64,000 bases of DNA from Gammaproteobacteria bacterium (GCA_017999615.1 JAGNLM010000001.1:264549-328548), one strand, 5' to 3'; positions 49,087-58,527 are shown, numbered from the stretch's first letter. The notes: generated from the sequence alone by a model not told the origin. Numbers and translations are program-made.

Positions 49087-50333
49087 CAGCGCCGGGCGCC
49101 GGTGGCGCGGGCCACCCGGTCGTAGAGGGCGCCGGGGGCGAAGAGGGTCTTCTGCACCTCGGGCCAGCCGCCGAGGTCGCGGACGGTGAAGAGATCGGTG
49201 ACCGCCGGGAAGCGGCCCGCGACCTCCTGCGCCACGCCTGCGTCGACCGGGCGGTAGCCGTACTCGGCGAAGGCGCGCTGGGCCTCGGGGCTACCGAGGA
49301 ATGCGACGAAGCCCGCGGCGAGCTCGCGGGTGCCGTGCTTCTCGGCGTAGCGGTCGACGACCGCCACCGGGTTCTCGATCAGGATGGTGGCGCGCGGGAT
49401 GACGTACTCGTAGGGCTGGCCCGCCTGGCGCGCCGCGAGGACCTCGTTCTCGTAGGTGATGGCGGTATCCCCCACCCCCTTCTCGAAGGTGAGGATGGAC
49501 TCGCGCGCCCCCTTGTCCATGACGCTCACGTTGCCGAGCACCTCGCCGAGGAGCTTCTCGGCCGCCGCGGCGTCGCCCTTCGGGGCCGAGGTCCCCCCGC
49601 GCAGGGCTGCGCCGTAGAGGGCACAGACGTTCCACATGGCCCCGCCGCTCGTGCGCACGTTGGGGGTCAGCACGTTGAGTCCGGGGGCGCGCAGATCGTC
49701 CCAGTCCTTCAGGCCCCTGGGGTTGCCGGGGCGCACCGCGAGCACGACGACCGAGCGGGTGACCATCCCCCCGTGGGGGCCCGCCTTCCAGTCGTCGCTG
49801 ATGAGCCCCGCTTTGGCGATGGCTTCGACGTCGGCCTCGAGCGAGAGTGCGGCGACGTCGGCCTCGAAGCCGCCGACGATGGCGCGGGCCTGGGCGCCGC
49901 TGCCGAGGTAGGACTCCTGGAAGACCACGGTCTCGCCGGTCTTCTCCTTCCAGTGTTTCTGGAAGGCCGGCAGGATGGCCTTGCCGTAGGCCTCGCGCGG
50001 GGTGGTGTAGGCGCCGAGCACCAGGGTGCGGGTGACCGCGGCCTTGCCTGCGTCCGCGCCAGTGCCAGCCCCAGGGCCAGCACCGGTGCCCGTGCCCGCC
50101 GCGCCCGCCGGGGGCTCGCTCTGGCCGCAGCCGGCGAGGGCGGTCAGTGCCAGGGCGAGGAGGATGCCGGCCGCGTGGCGGCCGGGGGCAGCCTGTCCCG
50201 CTCCCGCTCCCGCTCCCGCTCCCGCTCCCGCTCCCGCTCCGGCTCCGGTGCCGGGGCTGATGGCGCCGAGGCCCCCGCAGGGGCTCCGGTCCGGGGCCCG
50301 GACAGGACACAGCCTCGATCTCGGGTGATGCAT
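49086..50333 (-). CDS. sbp: Sulfate/thiosulfate-binding periplasmic lipoprotein (Sbp/CysP family); the N-terminal region contains a (Gly-Ala)n tract encoded by a hexanucleotide microsatellite
   Basis: Lipobox ..[19 protein letters not shown].., then the Sbp core (..[66 protein letters not shown]..). The only in-frame ATG/GTG/TTG upstream of the lipobox is MHHPRS at 50333. That gives a 47-aa pre-signal segment containing GTGAGAGAGAGAGAGAGAG, so the true start is uncertain. Confidence 0.8.
   Translation of the reverse strand: MHHPRSRLCPVRAPDRSPCGGLGAISPGTGAGAGAGAGAGAGAGAGQAAPGRHAAGILLALALTALAGCGQSEPPAGAAGTGTGAGPGAGTGADAGKAAVTRTLVLGAYTTPREAYGKAILPAFQKHWKEKTGETVVFQESYLGSGAQARAIVGGFEADVAALSLEADVEAIAKAGLISDDWKAGPHGGMVTRSVVVLAVRPGNPRGLKDWDDLRAPGLNVLTPNVRTSGGAMWNVCALYGAALRGGTSAPKGDAAAAEKLLGEVLGNVSVMDKGARESILTFEKGVGDTAITYENEVLAARQAGQPYEYVIPRATILIENPVAVVDRYAEKHGTRELAAGFVAFLGSPEAQRAFAEYGYRPVDAGVAQEVAGRFPAVTDLFTVRDLGGWPEVQKTLFAPGALYDRVARATGARR
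50196..50250. repeat. Hexanucleotide microsatellite (GCTCCC)x8 plus two degenerate units (= (GGAGCG)n on the sbp coding strand, encoding (Gly-Ala)n)
   Basis: cccgctcccgctcccgctcccgctcccgctcccgctcccgctccggctccggt, inside the 5' end of the sbp frame, upstream of the lipobox. Confidence 0.9.
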
Positions 50334-50493
50334 CTCGTTGGCCCCCTGGCCCTTCGGGCTTCCGCTCGCTGGCCGTATAGTGGCGAGGCTGCCGGTCGAT
50401 GTACACAACCCGGGCCGGCCCGGGCCGGTTGGGCGGGAGGGCCGGGCGGCCAGCGGCCGGCCACGGGGCGTGGAGGGGGAAAGGAGGGAGTCG

Positions 50494-51129
50494 ATGGACG
50501 CGATGAAGGCCACCAACGTCACCTGGCACGAGGGTCACGTGGACCGGGACCAGCGCTCCCGGAGCCTCGGCCAGCGCGGTGCGACGCTCTGGCTCACGGG
50601 CTTGAGCGCCTCGGGCAAGAGCACCATCGCCTTCACCCTGGAGCACCTGCTGATCGAGCACGGCTGGACCGCCTACGTGCTCGACGGCGACAACATCCGC
50701 CACGGGCTCAACAAGAACCTCGGCTTCAGCGCCGAGGATCGGGCCGAGAACATCCGCCGGATCGGCGAGGTCGCGGGGCTCTTCGCGGACGCCGGCGTCA
50801 TCACCCTGACGAGTTTCATCTCGCCCTACCGGGCCGACCGCGACCGGGTCCGTGACCTGCACCGGGAGGCGGGCCTGCCGTTTCTCGAGATCTACGCGAA
50901 CACCCCGATCGAGGTCTGCGAGCAGCGCGACCCGAAGGGCCTCTACCGCCGGGCGCGGGCGGGGGAGATCAAGTCCTTCACCGGCATCGACGACCCCTAC
51001 GAGCCGCCGCTCGCCCCGGAGATCGAGCTGCGCCCGGACCGGATGTCGGCGCCCGAGTGCGCGCTCGCCATCGTGGCGGAGCTGCAGCGGCGGGGGATCC
51101 TGCCCGGAGACCTCGGCTCGCGGCCGTAG
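50494..51129 (+). CDS. cysC: Adenylyl-sulfate (APS) kinase
   Basis: ..[78 protein letters not shown].., the canonical APS kinase P-loop and motifs. SD AAGGAGGGAG is 4 nt upstream. Transcribed divergently from sbp. Confidence 0.92.
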   Translation: MDAMKATNVTWHEGHVDRDQRSRSLGQRGATLWLTGLSASGKSTIAFTLEHLLIEHGWTAYVLDGDNIRHGLNKNLGFSAEDRAENIRRIGEVAGLFADAGVITLTSFISPYRADRDRVRDLHREAGLPFLEIYANTPIEVCEQRDPKGLYRRARAGEIKSFTGIDDPYEPPLAPEIELRPDRMSAPECALAIVAELQRRGILPGDLGSRP

Positions 51130-51145
51130 CGCTACAACCCGCGGG

Positions 51146-51835
51146 CTACGGGCGAGGGCTCCCGCCTGGGGCGGCCAGGGTGAAGGCCGGGCCGAGCGCC
51201 CTGCGGATCTCCTCCAGCGTGAGGTGCCGCGCGTACGCGGCCCCGCTCGGGGTCATCTGGTCCCACTGGCAGGTCACCTGCCGCACGCCGGGCTGTTTCG
51301 CCGAGCGCAGCCAGAGGCGGGTCTTGTAGAAGAGCTGCGTCGGTGGGTCGCGCCCCGACCACCACCCGCCGTAGCCGTCGCCGATGCCAATCCCGATCCC
51401 CACACCGGTGGAGCCGCGGCCGCCGCCGATCCCGATGCCAATCCCCACGTCGGAGAGGACACCCACGCCGGTCCCGAGGCTGATGCCGACCGCCGCCAGC
51501 TGGACCGGCTGACTCATCCCCCAGTCGCTGCTCGGGCTGACGGACCGGCCCACCCGCCAGACCTCGAACACGTCCGGTTCCACGGTCTGGGGCGACTCGG
51601 ACACGGTCACGATCTCGAATTCGCAGTACGGGTCCATCTCCCCCGAACCCACGGCCTGGACGTCGGCGTGGGCCTGGTTGGCGGGGATCCGCAGGGGCTC
51701 GTGCAGGGTCAGCGTCCACCCCGGGGCGACCTGCTGGTAGGCCAGGCTGGCGTAGGGGCTGGAGGGGGGGGTGGCGCAGCCGACGAGGGTCAGGCCCAGG
51801 CCGGCAGCGAGGGAGGCGAGCGAAGTACCGCGCAT
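51146..51835 (-). CDS. Lipoprotein with C-terminal glycine-zipper (GIGIGIGGG..GVGIGIGIGDG) segment
   Basis: Lipobox MRGTSLASLAAGLGLTLVGCATPP, then a ~110-aa beta-rich domain, then ..LAAVGISLGTGVGVLSDVGIGIGIGGGRGSTGVGIGIGIGDGYGG.. (Gly-zipper / OsmB-SlyB-like). I can offer no functional assignment. Confidence 0.55.
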   Translation of the reverse strand: MRGTSLASLAAGLGLTLVGCATPPSSPYASLAYQQVAPGWTLTLHEPLRIPANQAHADVQAVGSGEMDPYCEFEIVTVSESPQTVEPDVFEVWRVGRSVSPSSDWGMSQPVQLAAVGISLGTGVGVLSDVGIGIGIGGGRGSTGVGIGIGIGDGYGGWWSGRDPPTQLFYKTRLWLRSAKQPGVRQVTCQWDQMTPSGAAYARHLTLEEIRRALGPAFTLAAPGGSPRP

Positions 51836-52108
51836 GGCCGTCACCTGCAGAGCCGTGTGCCGCTGGATGAGGGCACCATAAGCGTGACGGAAGCGCGCTT
51901 CAAGCGGACTTTCCGGAGTCCAACTCGCGGTGGGGGAGGGGCGGGTTGCCCGGATGCGGGTGCGCAGGAAATCCGGGGGCTTGCAATGTGTTATCTTTCG
52001 CCCCCCACGTGCGGCCCCAGGGCAGGCAGGAGCAGGCCCGGGCAGCTTTCTTTCGAAGGGCTGACGAAGCCACAGTGCTTGAGCTTCCTCGAGCTGTGAG
52101 GGACTGGA

Positions 52109-52573
52109 ATGAGCTCCACCGACGTTGAGACCATCTCCGAGCCAGACCACGACAGTGTCGTGACGGTGACGCTCACGCCCTCGGCCATCATGGACGCGGT
52201 CTTCGCCACTGCCGACCAGGTGCACACCGGCTGGGACTCCTGCGTGGACCCCGCGCTCGTCGTCTCCGACATGACCGTGGGGGACGACTCCAGCGGCAAT
52301 TACTGCCGGCTGGTGGAACAGGCCTACACCGAGGACGAGCAGCCCGACGTGAGCTGGCACGACTGGGCGGTGGAACTGCGTCTGGGGGAGGTCTACGTCA
52401 CCGCCCACTGGCGGAGCGAGGAGGACGCGAGCCCTTCGGACTGGGAGTGGTGCGCCATCCAGGCGGAGGAGGCGTTCTCCCGCGCCTGCGTGCTGCTCGG
52501 CAAGCGCGTCCGCCGGGGTCTCGTGGTCGACGAGCCCGTGCGGGCGCCGAAGCCGGCAAGGACGCATCACTGA
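52109..52573 (+). CDS. Hypothetical acidic cytoplasmic protein (154 aa, pI ~4)
   Basis: SD GAGGGA is 7 nt before the ATG. No recognisable motifs (MSSTDVETISEPDHDSVVTVTLTPSAIMDAV..WEWCAIQAEEAF..). Coding-like GC3 bias, but there is no homology evidence. Confidence 0.4.
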   Translation: MSSTDVETISEPDHDSVVTVTLTPSAIMDAVFATADQVHTGWDSCVDPALVVSDMTVGDDSSGNYCRLVEQAYTEDEQPDVSWHDWAVELRLGEVYVTAHWRSEEDASPSDWEWCAIQAEEAFSRACVLLGKRVRRGLVVDEPVRAPKPARTHH

Positions 52574-52798
52574 GGGGGTTGGCCCAGGGGGCTGGCGCCG
52601 CCGGTCTGGCGCGGGACTGTCGACTGGGGCACGTTTTAGCCTGTCGAGGCCCTTTACAGGGACACGGGGATGGAAGCCTCGTGTGGGCTCGTTCGTGCGT
52701 AACCGATTGAAAAAGCTCTAGAGGCACGGTTCTTGCTGTGGTTGCTGTGGTAGTTCCTGCCGTGCAAACGGCCGGCTGCAAACGGTGGGGTCGGTGCC

Positions 52799-53485
52799 AT
52801 GAGGCTGCCAGGTCTGCTCCTGTTCGGGGCCCTTCTCCAGGCCTCGCTCGCGGCATCTTTGCCCGCCCGCGCGGACACGATTTCGTTCGACGTGCCGAAT
52901 CCCGTTCCCCTGGACGGCCTGACTGCAGGTGGCGTCACCTTCGGGTACCAGGACTCGCTCTGGGGGTCAGCCGTGAACGCCCGGGCCGGGGTGCCGTGGC
53001 CTTCGGGCTTCGAGCCCTCGGTGTTCTCGGGGGGAGTCCTCTACGCCGATGCCCGGGGTGTGCTGACCCTGGACTTCGCCCGTCCCGTGGACCGCCTGGG
53101 CTTCGACCTCGCAGTGAGCACGTACCGGTGGGTGAGCGAGGTGGGCGGGTTCGAGCTCTTCGGTCCCGACCTCGAGCAGAGTTGGACCTCGGTCGTCGCC
53201 GTGGAGCCGGTGCCGGGCGCCTGGGCGGTCTCGGGGCATTTCGAGTACTCCGGGGCACCGGTCTCCCGGCTCGTCGTCCAGATCGACGGGATGGCGCTCC
53301 GGTGGCTGCTCGCGTGGGGTGTGGCGCCGCCGCTGCTGGTGATGGATAACCTGGACTACGGCGTCGCGGAGGCCACTGGCCGGGCCCGGGCCTCCTTCCA
53401 CACGCCGCTTCCGCCTGCCGGGGTCTCTCTCGCGGGGGCGCTGGCTGCACTCCTGGCATTGAGCCGCCGCCCCCGGGGCCGCTGA
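52799..53485 (+). CDS. Secreted protein with a C-terminal VPLPA/PEP-CTERM-like sorting tail
   Basis: Signal peptide MRLPGLLLFGALLQASLAASLPARA. The C-terminus ..HTPLPPAGVSLAGALAALLALSRRPRGR has a Pro motif, a hydrophobic helix and an Arg cluster, which is the exosortase-type sorting-signal architecture. Confidence 0.55.
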   Translation: MRLPGLLLFGALLQASLAASLPARADTISFDVPNPVPLDGLTAGGVTFGYQDSLWGSAVNARAGVPWPSGFEPSVFSGGVLYADARGVLTLDFARPVDRLGFDLAVSTYRWVSEVGGFELFGPDLEQSWTSVVAVEPVPGAWAVSGHFEYSGAPVSRLVVQIDGMALRWLLAWGVAPPLLVMDNLDYGVAEATGRARASFHTPLPPAGVSLAGALAALLALSRRPRGR

Positions 53486-53512
53486 GTCGCCGCTGAGTCG
53501 CCGCTGAGTCAG
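53478..53512. repeat. 11-bp tandem repeat x3 (GCCGCTGAGTC) spanning the stop codon of the preceding gene
   Basis: ggccgctgagtcgccgctgagtcgccgctgagtcagcg. Each unit contains TGA, giving three consecutive in-frame stop contexts. Confidence 0.85.
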
Positions 53513-53544
53513 CGTCTCCTGCGTGTCCGTCTTTCCCGGCGAGG

Positions 53545-54813
53545 CTACCGGGGCGTTGCCTTGCGCCCGCCTGCAGGCCCCTGTGCCCTGGTACGGGAGG
53601 GGGCGCCACTCGCCAGCTTCCGGACCAGCTCGACGTGCCGGGGCAGGCAGCGGGCGAGCGAGTAACGCTCCTCCACGGTCTGCCTCGCCCGCTCGCACAA
53701 GGTGTCCCGCCCGGCGTGAAGGTCGAGCGCCTCGGCGACGCGTCCCGCGATCTCCTCCGGCGAGAAGAAATCCGCGAGGAAGCCATTACGCCCGTCCTCG
53801 ATGACCTCTTCCACGGGAGCCGTGCGCGACCCTACGACCAGGCAGCCCGCGGCCAGGGCCTCGAGCATCGACCAGGAAAGGACGAACGGGTAGCTCAGAT
53901 ACACGTGGGCCCGGGAGACCTGCAGGACCTTCAGATAGCGCTCGTAGGGGACTCGCCCGAGGAAGTGAGCCCGGGATCGGTCCAGGTCCACCTCTTCCAG
54001 CAGGTGCTCGCGCCAGCTGCGTCCGTCGACCGGACGGCTGCCGTAGCTCACCCCGTCGCCTCCGACGATGACGGCGTGACAGCGTGGCCTGCGTTTCAGG
54101 AGGATCGCGAGGGCTCGCATGAAGGACGGAAACCCCCGGTACGGCTCGAGGTTCCGGGCGACGTAGGTCACGACCTCGTCTTGCGCGGACAACGTCAGGC
54201 CGGAGTCGACCTCCAGCCTCGCGGACGGGTCGGGCCGAACGGTCGTCGTGTCGATGCCTTCGTGGAGCACCGTGAGCTTGTCGCGATACTCCGGGGGATG
54301 CAGCGTCCATTGCCAGTGGGTCGGGGTGACCCCGTGGTCGGCGATGGAGAGATTGAGGAGATGGAGCGCGTTCTTGGTGCGGATCCGGCAGACGTCGTCC
54401 AGGCCGACCTCGCGTCCCGGCTCGAAATCCACGTCCGTTCCGAACGCGTGATAGAAATACTCGAAATACCCGAGAAGGGCCGCCCGGGGCCACACGTCCT
54501 TCAGGTACAGGGCCTCGCCCCATCCCATGTGGGCGCAGACCACGTCGGGCTGGAAACCCTCCTTCTTCAGGGCCTGGGCGGCGCGCGCCACCTCCTGGCC
54601 GTTCAGCACACCCTCTTCGAAATTCCGCAGGTACCGGTGCGTCGATGGGGAGGGGGCGCGCCTCGGCACCCACTCGATCTTGCGCACACGGGGAAGCTCG
54701 GGGCGCTTCGGCTTCGAGAAGAAGACGACCTGATTGTCCGGGTCGGCCGCGAGCCTCGGGGCCAGGTGCTTGTATTGCCCCGGGCAGTTGTTGTGTACGA
54801 AGGCGATCCTCAT
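53545..54813 (-). CDS. Glycosyltransferase, GT-B fold family 4 (GT1-group), co-directional with and overlapping the T1SS adaptor gene
   Basis: MRIAFVHNNCPGQYKHL.. N-domain, and a C-terminal retaining-GT4 motif region ..RNLEPYRGFPSFMRALAILLKRRPRCHAVIVGGDGV.. ..EALAAGCLVVGSRTAPVEEVIEDGRNGFL.. (E-x7-E). The start codon overlaps the stop of the upstream HlyD gene. Confidence 0.85.
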   Translation of the reverse strand: MRIAFVHNNCPGQYKHLAPRLAADPDNQVVFFSKPKRPELPRVRKIEWVPRRAPSPSTHRYLRNFEEGVLNGQEVARAAQALKKEGFQPDVVCAHMGWGEALYLKDVWPRAALLGYFEYFYHAFGTDVDFEPGREVGLDDVCRIRTKNALHLLNLSIADHGVTPTHWQWTLHPPEYRDKLTVLHEGIDTTTVRPDPSARLEVDSGLTLSAQDEVVTYVARNLEPYRGFPSFMRALAILLKRRPRCHAVIVGGDGVSYGSRPVDGRSWREHLLEEVDLDRSRAHFLGRVPYERYLKVLQVSRAHVYLSYPFVLSWSMLEALAAGCLVVGSRTAPVEEVIEDGRNGFLADFFSPEEIAGRVAEALDLHAGRDTLCERARQTVEERYSLARCLPRHVELVRKLASGAPSRTRAQGPAGGRKATPR

Positions 54814-56612
54814 CCGTCCGTGACGGCCCGCCGGAAGCTGTCGAGGATGGGCTTCAGCACATAGCTCAGGGCGGTGCGCTGGCCGGTCGCGATGTGGACC
54901 TCTGCGGGCATGCCGGGGCTCAGCACTACGCCCTCCATCCCCTTCATCGAGTCGCTCGTCATCTCGATCCGGGCGAGGTAATACGGGTATCCGGCCGGGT
55001 CCTGCAGCCGGTCGGCGGAGATGTAGGCGAGCGTCCCCTCCGCGCGCGGAGTGGTGCGCCGGCTGAAGCCCGTGAACAGCACATCTGCGCGCATGCCGAG
55101 TTTGAGGGAATCCACGTCGGTCGGTTTGACCTTGACCTCCACCACCTGGGACTCGTCCCCTGCCACGAGGCTCAGGATGCTCGCGCCTGCCGGAAGCACG
55201 ATGCCCGACGCTCGGTACTTGAGCGCGACTACGGTCCCGGCGTAAGGGGCGCGGACCACCGTGCGTTCCAGGATGTCCCGCGCGGCGTTGCGCTTTTCCG
55301 TCGCGTCGAGCAGGTCGGACTGGACCTCCTGCAGCTCACGGCTCACCTCGCTCAGGCGCTGCGTCCGCGCCGACGCCATCTGCGAGCGCGTCTCGCTGAT
55401 GCGGTCGTTGGTGCTCGCGATCTGCGCGGTGTATTGGCCGATGGTCCCCTTCAGCGCGGCCGAGTTGCGCTGCAGCGCGAGCAGCCGCGGCTTCTCGTAA
55501 ATGCCCTTGTCGAAGAGGGTCTTCGCGGCGGTCAGTTCTTCCTTGATGTAGCCGAGCTGCTCCTCGGTGGAGCGGCGCTGGACGTCGTAGCCCGAAATCT
55601 GGTTCTCGTACTGCTTGATGCGTTCTTCCAGGGTCTTGAGCTGCTCGCTCAGTGCGTCGCGGCGGGCCCGGAACAGGTTCTCCTGGGCTGTCATCAGTGC
55701 GGCGGCGTCTCCCCCGTCGCCGGTCATCCCGAGGATCTCCGGGGAGAACGCGATGGCGTCGGTCCCGTCCCGTTCCGCGATGAGCCGCGCCTCCCGCACC
55801 CGCAGGCTCTTGTAGCGGGCGTCGAGCCCCTGGAGCCGCGCCCGGGACTGGGTGTCGTCGAGCCGGGCAAGTACCTGTCCGGCCTCGACGTGCGTGCCGT
55901 CTTCCACCAGGACCTCGCGCAGGATGCCGCCTTCCAGGTGCTGGACCGGCTTGTCGCCCCCCGCGAGCTTGACCTCGCCGGTGACCACGACGGCCACCTG
56001 CAAGGGGACGAGCGTTGCCCAGGCCCCGAAGCCACCGACCACGAGGAGCAGGATCAGCAGGCCCACCGCGATGATGGAGCGATACTCGTGTTTGACGGGA
56101 GGGGCCTCTCCCCGGACGTCGGTGGCGGGAAGGACAACTTCAGCGTCCTCGACCGGGACCGCCGGGCCGGCGGAGGATGGGGACTGGCTGCCTTCGCCAG
56201 ACGCGGCCTCACCCTCGATCGGCTCGGAGGGCGGGCCTTCTGCCCGCGAGGACTTCTCCGTGTCGGCGGCGGGGAGGGCGACTGCCCGGGTTCCCCGGGA
56301 CGGCTGGGGCAGGGCTCCCGGGGATGCGGAGGGAGACGGGGAGGGGGCTGGGCCCGGGGAGGGCGGGGGACCGCCGGCTCCGGCGGGCCTGCCAGGAACC
56401 CTCGGCCGAGGCCTGCCTGCAGTGGTCGGCGTCGCGCCACTGGGCGCCCGGGGGTACGGCGGTAGCTCGAGGGCCTCCGGCTCGCCCTCGCCATGCGTCG
56501 CCGGCTTTGCCGGGCCCCGGCGCCGCTCAGCCTGCTGGCCCTCCAACTCCCTCTCGATCGCGCGCTCGATGATGCTCATGGTATGGCCCGACAGTCCCCG
56601 TTCGTTCTCCAC
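54810..56612 (-). CDS. Type I secretion periplasmic adaptor (HlyD/PrtE family) with an atypically long (~180 aa) Pro/Ser/Gly/Glu-rich cytoplasmic N-terminal extension
   Basis: TM anchor ..YRSIIAVGLLILLLVVGGFGAWATLV.., long coiled-coil (..LKTLEERIKQYENQISGYDVQRRSTEEQLGYIKEELTAAKTLFDKG..) and a C-terminal beta-domain ..ARIEMTSD..GMPAEVHIATGQRTALSYVLKPI.., all typical of T1SS MFPs. The start is ambiguous: GTG at 56612, or ATG MSIIERAIE at 56580. Confidence 0.85.
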   Translation of the reverse strand: MENERGLSGHTMSIIERAIERELEGQQAERRRGPAKPATHGEGEPEALELPPYPRAPSGATPTTAGRPRPRVPGRPAGAGGPPPSPGPAPSPSPSASPGALPQPSRGTRAVALPAADTEKSSRAEGPPSEPIEGEAASGEGSQSPSSAGPAVPVEDAEVVLPATDVRGEAPPVKHEYRSIIAVGLLILLLVVGGFGAWATLVPLQVAVVVTGEVKLAGGDKPVQHLEGGILREVLVEDGTHVEAGQVLARLDDTQSRARLQGLDARYKSLRVREARLIAERDGTDAIAFSPEILGMTGDGGDAAALMTAQENLFRARRDALSEQLKTLEERIKQYENQISGYDVQRRSTEEQLGYIKEELTAAKTLFDKGIYEKPRLLALQRNSAALKGTIGQYTAQIASTNDRISETRSQMASARTQRLSEVSRELQEVQSDLLDATEKRNAARDILERTVVRAPYAGTVVALKYRASGIVLPAGASILSLVAGDESQVVEVKVKPTDVDSLKLGMRADVLFTGFSRRTTPRAEGTLAYISADRLQDPAGYPYYLARIEMTSDSMKGMEGVVLSPGMPAEVHIATGQRTALSYVLKPILDSFRRAVTDG

Positions 56613-56653
56613 CCCCGTTCCCGGCCTGTAAGCGGCACCCGCTGGGCCCCCCT

Positions 56654-58411
56654 TTAGGTGTTCTGACCGAGCACCTGCAGGCGGGCGGCCGGCGCCCCGG
56701 CGGGCAGGCGGCCCACTGCCGGCCCAGGCGGAAGGATCCGGGCCAGGACGTCGGAGCGTGGCCCGAAGAGCTCGACGTTGCCGTTGCGGAGCACCAGGAG
56801 CTTGTCCGCCCCGTCGAGCAGGCTCGGCCGGTGGGTGATCACGATGACCGTCATCCCGGCGGAGCGGGCGGTCCCCAGGGCCCGAACCAGCGCCTGCTCG
56901 CTCTCGCTGTCCAGATTGGAGTTGGGCTCGTCGAGCACCACCAGGCGCGGATTCCCGAAGAAGGCCCGGGCCAGCCCGATGTGCTGGCGCTGGCCGGCCG
57001 AGAGGGCAGACCCGTTCTCACCCACGTCGGTTTCGTAGCCCTTCGGCAGGCGCTGGATCATCTCGTGGGCGCCGGTCAGCCGCGCGGCCGCAATCACCGG
57101 CTTCACGTCCACGGTCGGTGCCATGCGGGCGATGTTCTCTGCGACGGTCCCGGAGAAGAGCTGGACCTCCTGGGGGAGGTAGCCCATGTGGTGTCCGAGC
57201 TGGTCGGGGTCCCAGTGGCGCAGGTCCGCGCCATCCAGTCGGACCGTACCCGATGCCGCCGGGATCACCCCCGCGATGACCCGGCCGAGCGTGGTCTTGC
57301 CGGCGCCGCTCGGTCCGACGATGCCGAGCTGCTTGCCCGGCTCGAGGTCGAAGGACACGCCCTGCAGGATGACCCGCGGTGTTCCCGCAGTGGGGGAGCC
57401 GCTGATGACGGTCACCTTTTCCACCTGTAGGCGGCCTTCCGGCGAGGGGAGGGCGAGACCGCCGGCCTGCCGCAGATTCTGCGCGAGGAGCTCGCTCAGG
57501 CGGCCGAACGCGGCGTGGCCGGAGACGAGCGTCTTCCAGGTCGAGATCGAGGCCTCCACCGGCGCCAGGCCGCGCGACATGATCATGTTGGCGGCGATCA
57601 TGGCGCCGACCAGGAGCTCGTGCTGGAGGAAGAGATAGGCGCCGACGCCGTACAGGGCGACCTGCAGGGCCATGCGGACGAAGCGGGCGAAGGTGCTCAC
57701 GGTCACCGCCCGGCCGCTCGCGACGGAGAGCTGGCGCAGCTTCTCCTGGTTCTGGCGCTCCCAGCGCCGGACGACGGCCGGCACCATGCCCATCGCCTGG
57801 ATGGCGTCGGCGCTGCGCACGTAGTCGTCGACCCGCGAGAAGCCCTTGAGGGTCTCGGTGTTCATCTTCTTCAGGGCGGGCCGGCTCACCACCTCGTTGA
57901 CCACTGCAAGGATCATGAGCACCACGGTTCCGGCCAGGGCGACCCAGGCCAGCGTGGGGTGGAAGAAGTACAGGGCGCCGATGTAGAGCGGCACCAGCGG
58001 GAATTCGACCATCCGGTAGATCTCGCTACCGGTGAGCAGGCCGCGCAGTTCCGTGACGTCCCGCAGGGCCTGGCCGCTGGCCGGGCGCACGATCCCGCTC
58101 GTTCGCAGCACGGCCTCCAGCACGTCCCCCCCCAGGCGGGCGTCCAGGCCCTGGGCCACGCGCGCCAGGACCTTGCCGCGCACCAGCTCCAGGGCGGCGG
58201 TGGCGAGAATGGCGCCCATCACCATCAGGGTGAGCATGAGCAGGGTCTCCCCGCTCATGGTGTTGAAGACCAGTGTGAAGACGCTGAAGATGTAGATGGG
58301 CAGCGCCAGTTGCAGGACGCTGATGCACAAGGAAAAGAGGACGACCGCCAGGAAGGCGCCGCGGAACTGGCGCAGGACCTTCAGGAGCGGGGAGGGTTGC
58401 CTGGGGGTCAT
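56654..58411 (-). CDS. Type I secretion ABC transporter (PrtD/AprD type; 6-TM domain + C-terminal NBD, no C39 peptidase domain)
   Basis: MTPRQPSPLLKVLRQFRGAFLAVVLFSLCISVLQLALPIYIFSVF.. TMD, then an NBD with Walker A GPSGAGKTTL, signature LSAGQRQHIGLARA and Walker B LVVLDEPNSNLD. 585 aa. The track ORF start at 58525 is an over-extension. Confidence 0.88.
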   Translation of the reverse strand: MTPRQPSPLLKVLRQFRGAFLAVVLFSLCISVLQLALPIYIFSVFTLVFNTMSGETLLMLTLMVMGAILATAALELVRGKVLARVAQGLDARLGGDVLEAVLRTSGIVRPASGQALRDVTELRGLLTGSEIYRMVEFPLVPLYIGALYFFHPTLAWVALAGTVVLMILAVVNEVVSRPALKKMNTETLKGFSRVDDYVRSADAIQAMGMVPAVVRRWERQNQEKLRQLSVASGRAVTVSTFARFVRMALQVALYGVGAYLFLQHELLVGAMIAANMIMSRGLAPVEASISTWKTLVSGHAAFGRLSELLAQNLRQAGGLALPSPEGRLQVEKVTVISGSPTAGTPRVILQGVSFDLEPGKQLGIVGPSGAGKTTLGRVIAGVIPAASGTVRLDGADLRHWDPDQLGHHMGYLPQEVQLFSGTVAENIARMAPTVDVKPVIAAARLTGAHEMIQRLPKGYETDVGENGSALSAGQRQHIGLARAFFGNPRLVVLDEPNSNLDSESEQALVRALGTARSAGMTVIVITHRPSLLDGADKLLVLRNGNVELFGPRSDVLARILPPGPAVGRLPAGAPAARLQVLGQNT

Positions 58412-58486
58412 CGGTTGAGGTCTCCGAACCGGTTGGGGACGTCCCGGCCTGAATTGTAGGCCAAGCGGCCGGTCCCGCACCGGGCA

Positions 58487-58527
58487 AAAAAAAGGGCCGG
58501 GGTGGCCGAGGCCCCCCGGCCCCACTT
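58487..58527 (-). terminator. Rho-independent terminator downstream of the RTX gene (minus strand); a second perfect hairpin lies at 58530..58560
   Basis: On the minus strand: GGGCCGGGG-GGCCTCGGCCA-CCCCGGCCC followed by TTTTTTTT. An adjacent hairpin CGTCGGCCGGC-ccac-GCCGGCCGACG lies immediately after the RTX stop. It is placed between the substrate gene and the ABC gene, as in hlyA-hlyB-type attenuation. Confidence 0.75.

Noticed and set aside
46381-50862. Plus-strand ORFs 46381..47508, 47231..48262, 48226..49125, 49335..50855 and minus 49291..50862
   Set aside because: Antisense or out-of-frame to the cysA/W/T/sbp genes, which carry clear ABC and EAA-loop motifs on the minus strand.
51132-51719. 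195-aa minus-strand ORF overlapping the lipoprotein gene in another frame
   Set aside because: Arg/Asp/Gly-rich with no start context. The lipoprotein frame (lipobox + Gly-zipper) is the credible one.
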